NCBI GenBank assembly: GCA_951406725.2
Contig: OX597837.1
Coordinates: 45,322,001 to 45,386,000 of the forward strand
Source of the DNA: Octopus vulgaris
Taxonomy: Eukaryota
Direction of reading: 5' to 3'
DNA: 64,000 bases
Notes under the pieces: model-generated
Database searches by the model: none
Told to the model about the DNA's origin: nothing
Seen by the model: only the letters and a program-made list of their open reading frames with translations
Made by a program: the position numbers and the translations under genes
Shown here: positions 13,986 to 26,201 of the stretch, piece after piece
Position numbering within the stretch: the first letter of the stretch is position 1
How the letters are laid out: each line of letters starts with the position of its first letter

Positions 13986-14829
13986 TATATATATAAATAT
14001 ATATACATATATGTGTGTATATATATATATATAATTCTAAAAAAGTGTAGTAAATACCAAATGAACATATACTAAATACACAAACGAACAGAAAACACAG
14101 AAGGTTACCAACACCTCTTCAGTTATTGGCCAGAGTGTCAAGCGCAATTTCGGTCATTATCGATAATATTGATTCCACACTGGAGGCACCGGCAAGAAAC
14201 TTTCCGGGAATTGGAGCAAGACATAACAAGTGACCAATAGAATAAGTACTAGGCTTAAAAGTAAAAGAGTACGGGTGTCGATTCACTCGAATAAAAATTC
14301 TGCGAGGCGTTGCTCCAGCCTGGCTGCAATCCGATGACTGAAACAAGAAAATCATAATTTTTGTATATATACATATATTACACACACGCACACATATACA
14401 TCTATAATACACACGCACACTCACATACACACGCACTCACCCGGGTGTTACCGTCATATGACGAAGAACTTTGAAAGTACATTTTTGCTACCATGGGTAA
14501 TTTCAGGAAATATGGCATCCTTGCAATAATTATAATTCAACTTTTTATCAAAATCCTTGGCGCTTATATAAAACGATGACATCAATACGGAATTTGAAAA
14601 GGAAAATATTTATTACCTTAAAATAAATTTAAATAAAATATATTTCTCATCTGAATATCTTCAATTAATATATGTTGTTATTATTTTTCTTTCATTTTAT
14701 CTCCGAAGTCGCGAACAAATCCGTCGAGAAACCATTTCAGCAAAATTCCATTAAAAAATGCGTCTTTATCAGAAAGCTATAAGACACTCATCCTTCAGCT
14801 CTCGTGTTGATTATTTCTGTATCTCTCCT

Positions 14830-15300
14830 TTACTCTCTCTCTCTCTCTCTCAAATTCTCTCTCTCTATGTATCTATCTATCTGTCTATCTATCTCTGTCT
14901 ATCTATGTCTGTCTATCTCCAGCTATCTCTATCTCTATTTCTATTTCTATATATCTCTATCTCTAACGATTTATGTCTTTCTCTATCTCTATCTATCTTT
15001 ATCTTTCTCTATTTGTATCTATATCTGTCTCTATCTATCTCTGTTTCTATATATCTCTATCTTTCTCCATCTCTATTTATCTCTATCTACCTCTACTTAT
15101 CTCTATCTCTCTCTCTATATATATATCTATATCTCTCCATCTCTATCTATCTCCAACTATCTCTATCACTATCTCTATTTATCTATATTTATCTCTACCT
15201 CTCTCTATCTCTGTTAATCTCTACCTATCTCTCTCCCTCACTCTCTCTCTCTTTCCCTCTTTCTATCTCTCCTTCTTTACCTTTCTCTTTCTCTCTCTCC
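14830..15300. repeat. (TC/TCTA)-rich pyrimidine low-complexity tract
   Basis: Visible directly in the sequence. Confidence 0.9.
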
Positions 15301-15301
15301 A

Positions 15302-15500
15302 TAACTTGGAAGCCATAACTTTGGCATAGTGTGAATGGACGATTCGGGTTTTATTATTCACTGTATCTAGCCAGAGTGCTGTATCTAGTACTGGTAGCCT
15401 ATGGTTAATGTGTTTCGTAGGGTAATCTATCGTGACCTTAATACTCTGGTGGATGGAGTTAGCTATTTGCTGGATGCTCTCCATAGTATTGGTTTCTATT
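15302..15500 (-). mobile_element. Penelope-like element reverse transcriptase fragment
   Basis: IANSIHQSIKVTIDYPTKHINHRLPVLDTALWL...IVHSHYAKVMASK matches the C-terminal PLE RT motifs (LPxLD ... YxKP-like). Confidence 0.75.
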
Positions 15501-15814
15501 AGTTTCTAGTTGTGTAATGCCAAGGAAATTTCCACATTCGTACTATTTCATGGTTGGACTTCTTCGGAGTTAAAAAAAGAGCTAACTCCATTTAGGTGAT
15601 CATCATATCTTTTGAGGGATGTGTATACTGTTAGCGGGTTCAAGTTAAAAAACATGTTTGGAGATTCTATTTGATCGGTAGGTTTTGAATATTGGAGGAT
15701 ATGTACATATATATGGATATGTATATATATGTACATATATAAGATGTTTTAATTAGTAAACATATAAATAAATAGAAATAGAAATAATAAAAAATAAAAA
15801 AATAAAAATAAATA

Positions 15815-16890
15815 ATAATGAAGAAGTGTGCAAAAGTAATAAATATGTTTATAATATAATCAATTAAAACGATGACAGTTAGAACATTAAAACATGAAAT
15901 AAAATGAAGTAAGAATAAAAATATAAGATAAAAAGTAAAGTATAATAAATTTGATATACGAAGAAACTAAATTCTATGGATGATTCTTATTGGTTCAGAA
16001 TGGAGATAAATTTGAACAAAAGGCGTTGTAATGCCTGACCAGTGGAGTTTACTTATCGACCGTTATTGATTAGGGTATGCAAGTGCATAGTTGAAGGCAG
16101 CTGAGAGGTTAACGAGAATAGGATGGGAAATACGATAGGAAATGTCAAATACATAATGGCTCGTACGTAATTCTATTGAGCAATGCTGAAGCCTTGCAAC
16201 GGTTTTTTTTCAAATTTCTATCCATCCTGAATCAAGACATCATATGTATATCTTACTAAACCAATAAGAATTATCCATAGAATATAGTTTCTTCTTAAAT
16301 TTATTGAACAACAATTTTGGATTTTTTCGGTTTGAACGGCAGTTTTTAAACATAATTTCTAGGTAACTAAAAAATTTTAAACTTCGTATACTAGTAGAAT
16401 GTGTTTACAAAACATCTTTTTCTCTTGGCTTTATTGAGAAAATTCTATAGTCTGTAAGATATTTGCTGTTGTTTTTCGTCAATTTCTACAATTTCAACCA
16501 ATCAATGACGTGTATTGAGGTAAAAAACATTCTGTGCCGTATGAATATGTCGCTCGTTTAAGAAACAGATTGGGTTTATTTACATTTGTGAAGAAAAAAA
16601 GATACCCTTCCCCCCACACCTAACCCTAACCCTAACCCTAACTAACCCTAACCCTAAAACAGATTGAAATGGAATAGATCGATACTAGGGTCATAATTAT
16701 GGGTGACAATTTCACATGACACCGCTAGAATAAACTGCCGTTCAAACCGAAAAGATCCCAATTTTTATATTATATTTTTATTATTTCACTTTATTTCTTG
16801 TTTTAATGTTCTAACTCTCACCTTTTAAATTTATTACAATATAATAATCATATTTATAAATTTTGCATAATTCTTTCTTCTTATAATTTA
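15815..16890. repeat. Long imperfect inverted repeat (15815-15995 against 16255-16890), right arm split by a MITE
   Basis: aagaaactaaattctatggatgattcttattgg pairs with ccaataagaattatccatagaatatagtttctt; gttagaacattaaaacatgaaataaa pairs with tttatttcttgttttaatgttctaac. Confidence 0.7.
16319..16758. mobile_element. MITE with ~27-bp TIRs and internal (CCCTAA)n
   Basis: TIRs ggattttttcggtttgaacggcagttt and aaactgccgttcaaaccgaaaagatcc; CAATTTT on both flanks; telomere-type hexamers at 16619-16657. Confidence 0.85.
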
Positions 16891-17359
16891 TTCTTTTCTC
16901 CTTTTATTTGTTTCAGTCATTTGACTGCAGCCATTCTTACAACCCCAAACCTTATAAGTGTTGCACCAGCATGGCCGCGGTCCAAAGTCTGAAACACGTA
17001 AAACACACACACACATACATATAAAGTGGTCGGAAGTGTTATTCTATGCTATCTCACTTCATCGTCTGTTGTGGACATTAATCGTTAGTCCTCCACCGTA
17101 TATCTTACTATATCATAATCTGATCAATCATTATTTAATCTTTAACCTCCGATTATTTTGACATTTCCCGTAATTAATTTCGTGAGTGGGGAAAGCGGGC
17201 GAAATTTGCTTCCTGTTTGCATTTGATAAGTCCGGAACGCTTAAAGATGCGCACAGAGACAGATATGGGTACGCGCAGCACACACACACACACACACACA
17301 CAGTGATGCACACTTCTACACTTATACACATGCACATACACACAAGCTTACTGATGAAA

Positions 17360-17400
<41 letters not shown>

Positions 17401-17499
17401 CACCACTCACACACATTTATATGTGTGTGTTTATGCCTATATGTATGTACATGTATGCATGTATGTATAAATGTATGTAGCGAAAGAGGGAAAGACTGA

Positions 17500-17656
17500 C
17501 AGACAGACACATGAGCAGACACCTAGACAGAGAGACTAACAGATAGACAGATAGATACATACATACATAGACAGACAGACAAATAAACAGAAAGACAGAC
17601 AGACAAACAGATAGACAGACAGACGGACAAACAGACAGACAGACATACATACAGAC

Positions 17657-17719
<63 letters not shown>

Positions 17720-17720
17720 C

Positions 17721-17759
<39 letters not shown>

Positions 17760-17782
17760 TAGATAGATAGATAGATAGATGG
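17500..17782. repeat. (TAGA/CAGA)n microsatellite
   Basis: Visible directly in the sequence. Confidence 0.95.
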
Positions 17783-18831
17783 ATGAATATACATATGTAT
17801 GCATGCATATGTATGAATGTAAGTATAAATGTAAGACATGTCTTTTTGTCCCTAGACGATCACATATACGAATAACCTTGTTGTACGTGTGTTCGAAAAG
17901 CTGAAAACAGTGAAAAGTACATAAAACTTCCTTTTAAATAGATCTGTGTCAATTTGCCTTTTATTTCATTCTCTTTCTAAATTAATAATTTTGAATAAAG
18001 AAAGTCTTATTTCAGTTATTGTGGTCTCCAGCCTATCACAACTCTACTTTTATCTCTAAATAATTACATTGTCATCTTTTTTTATATAAACTTTGGAGAA
18101 TACATCATTCTTGAGATCAGACCCCTTCACATTCAGAGTCAGTTACAATTATCACCAAGCGATTTATTTAACTTCTCTACAAGAACGGAGCAATTTTAAT
18201 AAATCGAATTCGTTATTCATATGGCATTTGATTTACATTTTTTCGACTTTCATATTCAAATTCCTTAATATTCCATATTATTTCTCGTCGTCCATTTTTG
18301 TTATGTGTGTGTAATACTTTACAAAGGACATTTGCTTCTAATTCTTTATTCAGTTTTATTTTGTTAACTCTGGTAGCACAATAATCGTGTATTTTACTTG
18401 ACCTGTCGTCTGTTTTCCTTCGGTTTAATTTTATTCCATTTTGATTATCACTAAAGTCTTCTCTGATACAAATTCCTCATATAGTCCTCTTCATCCACGG
18501 CTTTCTTCTCTCTTCTCTGTCTGTCTGTCTCCTCTCTCTATCTCTCCCTCTTTCTTTTTCTCCCGTCTCTCACTAAATCTCTTTCTTTCTCTGTCTTTCT
18601 CACTCTCTTTCTCTATCCTTCTTTCTCTCTTTCCTTTTCTCTTCCTGGCTTCTCTCTCTCACTCTGTTATATTTCTCTCCCTGTTTCCCACTCTCCTTAA
18701 CTTCTTTCTCACTATGTTCTGCTCTCTGTCCTCTTCGATGTCTGATATTTCTTCTCCCTCACAATACTTTGTTTGTTTCCCCATAATCCTCTACTCCGTG
18801 CGAACTGTCTCTTTTCAATTCCATTCACAGT

Positions 18832-19086
18832 GGAGGCACATGGCCTAGTGGTTAGAGCAGCGGACTCGTGGTCGAGGGATCGCGGGTTCGAATCTCAGAC
18901 CAGGCGATGTGTGTGTTTATGAGCGAAAACACCTAAGCTCCACGTAGCTCCGGCAGAAGGTAATGGCGAAACTTCTGTTGACTCTTTCGCCACAACTTTC
19001 TCTCACACTTTCCTCCTGCATCTTGCAGCTCGCATGCGACGGACCGGCGTCCCGTCCAGGTGGGGAACCTATACGCCAAAAAACCG
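18832..19086 (+). mobile_element. SINE family C (tRNA-Arg-like head; possibly an Octopus OR-type SINE)
   Basis: A box tggcctagtgg and B box ggttcgaatct in ggaggcacatggcctagtggttagagcagcggactcgtggtcgagggatcgcgggttcgaatctc; a related head occurs at 20450. Confidence 0.8.
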
Positions 19087-19089
19087 TAA

Positions 19090-19213
19090 TAATAGGAAGC
19101 GATCGAATATTCCGGAAGGTGCTCGAAAAATAAGGGGTGTTACCCTAGTTCACTGGTTCTGAACAGCTGACACCGCAGTACAACACTAGCGTTAGAAGCT
19201 GTGCAAAGGCAAT
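19090..19213 (+). mobile_element. 3' end of an R4/Dong-type LINE, followed by (ATG)/(TAA)n
   Basis: Homologous to the reverse complement of 30375-30490, which is the 3' UTR of the endonuclease-coding fragment there. Confidence 0.75.
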
Positions 19214-19250
19214 AATAATGATGATGATGATGATAATGATGATGATGATG

Positions 19251-19355
<105 letters not shown>

Positions 19356-19375
19356 GTTTCATATTTTCCCACAAG

Positions 19376-19409
<34 letters not shown>

Positions 19410-20449
19410 ACATGCTCGATCAGCAATAGAACATTGCATTCAGTGTTATTTAATAACTCGACGCCATCTTTTTGGTTGTCATGGCTTGTCGACAAAATTG
19501 ACGTTTGTTTTTCTTTTTTCTTTTTTCTTTTTTGCCATCTACAACATTAACCGCCTTTCAAAATTGTCACAGTCACTTCCACTTATATTCTTTTTTTTTT
19601 TTTTTTTTAGAACTAAGCGATCTAACGATCTGTTTCGTTTTAATGTGATTTTGATCAAATTTATATTTTCTATAACTGTGTCAACGGAAGCCAAAAGTGT
19701 GGATGTAAGTGAATTAAAAGTACTTGATTCAGTTAGAGCGAGAAATGCAAACCTCCTGACCACGGTTATGATTTGAATCTTGTTCAAATACGATTCAATC
19801 CATTTTGCGATGGCCTTTAAGAGGCGACTTCTTGCCGGGTTCACGCGTCTTCGTCAACGTCTCAGAATCTCTGGATTCGTCTTCAAACAACTGTGCTGAT
19901 CTCGTAACCTAATAGAGTTATAAAATTCCGACTAATAATGGCTTTATTATGATTAAGTGTGAGCGTTGACTATAGAACCTTTTCAAAGAACCGTTTCAGA
20001 TTTTGTCATGCTCCACTTAAGTATGTCCAGTAACCGTTATCTTGTCTTCGAATGCAAAAGTAGGTTTTAAATCATTTTTGTCTCTAATTTCATCAATGAA
20101 TCGTCAGAATTTCATCAATGGCAGCTCCGCTCCACGTGCAATGTCGAAAGATGTTTTACAGAATTGCTAGAGCTTATCACCGACCTCTTTTCATCTTTGG
20201 ATATAAGATACGGATAACAAGAGACCTGTCATGTCTAATGATGAAAAGTACTTTTATTTCAACAACAATGATAACAGCAACAACAAAGATATTAAGAAGA
20301 AACAAGGAAGAAAACTGCAACGTTACCAGTTCTCAACAGCATCAACAACAGAGGGAAGAAAGCTGCGATAAAGTTAACGGAAATAGCAACAGAAGCGATA
20401 GCAACAAAGGCAACAGTAACAACAACTACATTAGCAACAACAGCAGCGG

Positions 20450-20560
20450 GGAGGCGCAATGGCCCAGTGGTTAGGGCAGCGGACTCGCGGTCGTAAGAAC
20501 GCGGTTTCGATTCCCAGACCGGGCATTGTGAGTGTTTATTGAGAAAAAAACACCTAAGTT
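20450..20560 (+). mobile_element. SINE family C, 5' part only
   Basis: ggaggcgcaatggcccagtggttagggcagcggactcgcggtcg...aacacctaag. Confidence 0.75.
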
Positions 20561-20658
20561 CAAAATAACATCTACAACAACAACAGCAAGGGTAACGATA
20601 ATGACTGTTACGACTGCAGTAGCAACAACAACAACAACAACAGCAACAACAAAACTAG

Positions 20659-20944
20659 CACTCTGTCGGTTACGAGGAACAGAGGTCCAGTTGATCCGAT
20701 CCACACGACAGCCTGCGTGTGATAATAATATACAAGTGGCTGAGTATTCCACAGACACGCGTACCCTTAATTTAGTTCTCACGGAAATTCAGTGTGACAA
20801 GGCTGGTCCCTTTGAGTTACAGGAGCAACTGGAGCAACGTGAAATAAAATGCCTTGTTGAAGGACACAACGCGCCGTCGGGAATCGAACTTACAACCTTA
20901 GGATCGGAAGCTGAATACACTAAAAAATAAGCCACGCGCCTTCA
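20659..20944 (-). mobile_element. SINE family D (tRNA head, CORE-like segment, distinct tail; OR2-like)
   Basis: The reverse complement reads gaaggcgcgtggctt...agttcgattccc...gttgtgtccttcaacaaggcatttt. Its tail is homologous to the 126-bp array unit. Confidence 0.75.
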
Positions 20945-20970
20945 CCTCAACAAAGTAATAAGAAAAACAG

Positions 20971-22075
20971 TTGAAAACTACGTTAAGGGTAAACGTGACT
21001 GTGGAGTATTCAGCCACTTGCACGTTAATTCCACGAGCAGGCTGTTCCATTGGTGGGATCAACTGGAACCCTCATCATCATAACCAATGGAATGCCTTGA
21101 GAACTATGTTAAAGGTACGCATGTCTGTGGAGTACTCGGCCACTTGCACGTTAATTACACGAGCAGGCTGTTCCGTTGATCGGATCAACTGGAACCCTCA
21201 TCATCATAACCAATGGAATGCCTTGAGAACTATGTTAAGGGTACGCATGTCTGTGGTGTACTCAGCCACTTGCACGTTAATTTCATGAGCAGACTGTTCC
21301 GTTGGTGGGATCAACTGGAACCAACATCATCATAACCAATGGAATGTCTGTGGAGTACTCGGCCACTTGCACATTAATTTCACGAGCAGGCTGTTCCATT
21401 GATCGGATCAACTGGAACCCTCATCATCATAACCAATGGAATGCCTTGAAAATTATGTTAAGGGTACATGTGTCTGTGGAGTACTCGGCCACTTGCACGT
21501 TAATTTCACGAGCTGGCTGTTCCGTTGGTGGGAGCAACTCGAACCCTCGTCGTCGTAACCAATGGAATGCCTTGAAAACTATATTAAGGGTACGCATGTA
21601 TGTGGAGTACTCGGCCACTTGCACGTTAATTTTGCGAGAAGGCTGTTCCGTTGATCGGATCAACTGGAACCCTCATCATCATAACCAATGGAATGCCTTG
21701 AGAACTATGTTAAGGGTACACATGTCTGTGGAGTACTCGGCCACTTGCACGTTAATTTCACGTGCAGACTGCTCCGTTGGTGGGATCAACTTGAACCCTC
21801 ATCATCATAACCAATGGAATGCCTTGAGAACTATGTTAAGGGTACGTGTGTCTGTGGAGTACTCGGCCACTTTCACATTAATTTCATGAGCAGGCTGTTC
21901 CATTGATCGGATCAACTGAAACTCTCATCATCTTAACCAATGGAATGCATTCAGAACTATGTTAAGAGTATGCGTGTCTGTGGAGTACTCGGCTACTTGC
22001 ACGTTAATTTCACAAGCAGGCTGTTCCGTTGGTGGGATCGACTCGAACCCTCGTCGTCGTAACCGACGGAGTGCT
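20971..22075 (+). repeat. Nine-unit tandem array of 126-bp SINE-D tail monomers
   Basis: Unit starts at 20971, 21097, 21223, about 21346 (5'-deleted), 21446, 21572, 21698, 21824 and 21950. Confidence 0.95.
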
Positions 22076-22611
22076 GGTTTATCGCTTATTTCCTGGTGCT
22101 TATCAGTTATTACTTCACGGGCTCCATTCCGCGGTGGCGATGGGAACGGTGGCGGCTACGGAGGCGACAATCGCGGAGGTGATGGCGACGATGAAGTGTC
22201 AGGGAATTTACACCTATCACTATGATTAGTTTGGCTTCTTGAAGGAGACAAATGATTTCCTCCTCCTCCTCCTCACTCACTCCCTCACTCACTCATTCCC
22301 CCGTTTTATCAACTTCAAACGTTAATTTAACAGATTAATTAAAAACAAGATGATTCGTGTGTCATTAGGTGATTACGTGCACATACACCTATACAGCACA
22401 CACACACAAACACACACTCACACGCACATACACTCACACACAAACATACACACATCACATACACATCACACACATCACACATCACACACGCACACACACA
22501 CACACGCACATGTACAAACACATGTCACACACACCCTGCACACACACACGTATATAGGTAATGGATATGTGGTAATATGCATCTACATAATATATCTGTG
22601 TGTGTATATGT

Positions 22612-22644
<33 letters not shown>

Positions 22645-22770
22645 CATATTTGTGTGCATATGTATGTATATACATATATACATTTATACGTATATTTATA
22701 TGTATGAATGTATACGTATATGCGTGTATATAAAGTAAATAACGTATATATATATACATATATATATATG

Positions 22771-22809
<39 letters not shown>

Positions 22810-23037
22810 ACATATATATATATGTATGTATACATATATACCTATACATATGTATACATATATAAGTGCGAGAGTATGTGTGTGTATGTGTGTGTGGATG
22901 TAATTAATGAGAGGGATGTGAAAGTTATCTTTAATTGATTTCATCCATCAAAAGTTGAAAACAGATACATTGACAAGAGCAGACGATCGAAACCGTTCTC
23001 GCAGATAAGCACACGCACATGCGCACAGCAGGTAAAT

Positions 23038-23104
<67 letters not shown>

Positions 23105-23325
23105 CATATATACGTATATATATATACATACAAATATATATATGTATGTATATATATTATTGTATATATGAGTGTGTTATCACACTACATAGGTATATAT
23201 GTATGCATAAATTCATACGCACACGCGTATATGTGTGTGTATATATAGTCAAACAGTATATGTACTCAAACAGCCTAATTTTCTTGATAAGAAACGAGAA
23301 ATCACCAATTGTTGTGTGTGTGTCC

Positions 23326-23375
<50 letters not shown>

Positions 23376-23380
23376 CATGC

Positions 23381-23468
<88 letters not shown>

Positions 23469-24315
23469 ATATATATATATATGAACATTAAAATGTGCAT
23501 ACACCTAAGAATTATATATGTGTATATATACATGTATGCATGAAATGTGTGTGTGTGTGTGTGTGTGAGCTTGCTTATGTATGTCTATGTTTGTGTAATC
23601 GAAGAAGGCTTGGGAACGATAGATAAAAATGCTGAAGATAATAGGAAGATAGTGAATAGCTCGCACACACACAAACATTGCAGACACAGGAATACTAAAA
23701 CTTAATTTGAACTTCGTTTCGTATTCGCAAAAGATACCTTTCTTCTGAATACGATTTCATTAGTTTTTCGCACTTTTGTTATGAATATCTCTTATTTGTC
23801 TTCTTGTATTTATTTCAGCAAACTAAATCAGTTGAATTGTGTTACTTTGTGTTTCTTTGTTTTGTTTTTGTTATCTCCAAACGAGGCGTTATCTCTCTCT
23901 TTAAATTGAGTGAATTTTACAAAAGAAAATTGAACGATTTTATGAACGACTTGTGATATTGCCAACGAAAGAATTGCAAGCTTGTATGATAAAGAAAGAA
24001 TGATGTCTCTTGTGCAACGAGCGAGATATGAACAATGCTAGGTGTGAGCGTTGGTGTGGCATTCGGTTAGGTTAAGAACCTATTTAACGATGTACTTTTC
24101 TACCCGGTATACAATGAGGGTGGATCTGGGACAGCATTATCCGGATCTTTTCAGCATTTCCCTACAAAGTACTACAAGCGATACAAAGTACTGTCTGTGT
24201 GTCCTGCCTATCGCTATCTCTATCTTTATTTATCTACAACCATATTTTTAACTCACTGTCTCTCTTTTCCTTTCTCTCTCTGTCTCTTACATTTTACGTG
24301 TGTCTGTATATATGC

Positions 24316-24389
<74 letters not shown>

Positions 24390-24684
24390 GCATACACACA
24401 CACGCACATACACACACAAACGTATGTATGGATACACACACTATATAAATGCAAATGTGTGTGGTTACGTATGTGTTTAGCCTAAAAAAGCCTCAGAAAT
24501 GATGCGTTCTCAAGAAAAACAAATTTAATTTTTGAAATCTGCATCTCGAAGAAAAGGGATTGTCCATAAAGAAATATTAAAGGAATATAATTTGTGACGA
24601 GAAATAACTTTTAGATCGACGCAGGTGTAAACTAATCGGGCCAGACTTCCCTTACGGGGATGTCCTGACAACGATTCGGAGTAA

Positions 24685-24780
24685 TTTGTTATATCTGAGA
24701 TTAAAATCGAAAATTCTGGTACCATGCGCCATTACTGAACACGGTACCAGAATTTCGATTCGAATTTCGTATATGACAAA
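24685..24780. other. Isolated ~96-nt hairpin (pre-miRNA-like or MITE remnant)
   Basis: tttgttatat..aatcgaaaattctggtaccatg, 13-nt loop, cacggtaccagaatttcgatt..atatgacaaa. Confidence 0.5.
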
Positions 24781-24838
24781 CTATATATTTATCCTTCTAT
24801 CTGTTTGTTAACTTATTTCTCTATCTAATCACCCTCTC

Positions 24839-25066
24839 TTACTCTTTTACTCTTTTACTTGTTTCAGTCATTCGACTGCGGCCATGCTGGAGCACCGCCT
24901 TTAGTCGAGCAAATCGACCCAGGGACTTATTCTTTGTAAGCCCAGTACTTATTCTATTGGTCTGTTTTGCCGAACCGTTAAGTGACGGGGACGTAAACAC
25001 ACCAGCATCGGTTGTCAAGCAATGCTAGGGGGACAAACACAGACACACAAACACACACACACACAC

Positions 25067-25108
<42 letters not shown>

Positions 25109-25274
25109 TACGACAGGCTTCTTTCAGTTTCCGTCAACCAAATCCACTCACAAGGCATTGGGTCGGCCCGGGGCTATAGCAGAAGACACTTGCCCAAGAT
25201 GTCACGCAGTGGGACTGAACCCGGAACCATGTGGTTGGTGAGCAAGCTACTTACCACACAGCCACTCCTGCGCC
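24839..25274 (-). mobile_element. SINE family A, full length with target-site duplication
   Basis: Well-preserved copy; flanks tctatctaatcaccctct and tctatccaatcaccctct give a TSD of about 18 bp. Confidence 0.92.
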
Positions 25275-25828
25275 TATCTATCCAATCACCCTCTGTCTAT
25301 CAATCTGATTTTCTGTCTATCTACCCATTATCTAATAATTTAACTGTGCCTCAGCCAATCTATCTATTTAGTTAACTATCTCTAGACAGACAGACAGACA
25401 CACACATACACACACACTCTCTCTCAGTCTCTCTCTATCTCTATCTTTCTCTCTCTCTCTCTCTCTCTCTCTCAAAATGTCTGTTTATCTATTCATTTTT
25501 TAATCTTTCCGTCTCACTATACACACCACTAGATCGAAGAACAGATAAACATTCCCTACCACTAAACACCACCATTATTATGAAGCAACCATAACTCAAA
25601 AACATTGAATGTTTTGAAGGAGAACTCGAAGACGCAACTGTTAACGAAGAATTCACGATAGATAATAAATATTTTCCGTCGCCAACTTAACTGAGACATT
25701 ATCAACATTAATTAACCCATCAATTACACGCAATTACTGATAAAACTAAAAACTTATGAACCAAGTAAGATATTGTCAGGAAACTTCTATCAGAAATAAC
25801 GAAAATCTGAGATTAATAGGCAAACTCG

Positions 25829-26132
25829 AGGCGCAGACGTAGTTGCGTGGTAAGAAGTCTCCCTTCCAACCACTTGGCTCCGAGTTCAGACCCAGTGCGC
25901 CCCACCTTGAACAAGTATCTTCTACTACAGCCTATGGCCGACTAAAGCCTTGTGCGTAGACTTGGTAGATAGAAACTGAAACGAGCCCGCTGTATGTATG
26001 TATGTATGTATGTATGTATGTATGTATGTATGTATGTATGTATGTATGTATGTATGTGTGTAAGTATGTATGTATGTGTGTATGTATGTATGTATAGAGA
26101 TAGAGACAGAGTGGGAGAGAGAATGAGATAGG

Positions 26133-26201
<69 letters not shown>

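Noticed and set aside
16619-16657. True telomere or chromosome-fusion scar
   Set aside because: It is short and lies inside a TIR-bounded MITE.
18832-18905. tRNA-Arg gene
   Set aside because: It lacks a proper acceptor stem and continues into a SINE body that recurs at 20450.
19780-19850. Walker A-like G(T)GKSRLLKAI (PIF1/Helitron helicase)
   Set aside because: It needs a stop and two indels to read, and no further helicase motifs follow.
20971-22075. CRISPR-like array or repeat-protein gene (195-aa ORF)
   Set aside because: There are no unique spacers or cas genes, the context is eukaryotic, the units derive from a SINE tail, and in-frame stops occur.
23705-23765. Hammerhead-like rc CTAATGA..GTATTC..GAATAC GAAAC
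   Set aside because: The core is mutated, the spacing is wrong and there is no stem I.
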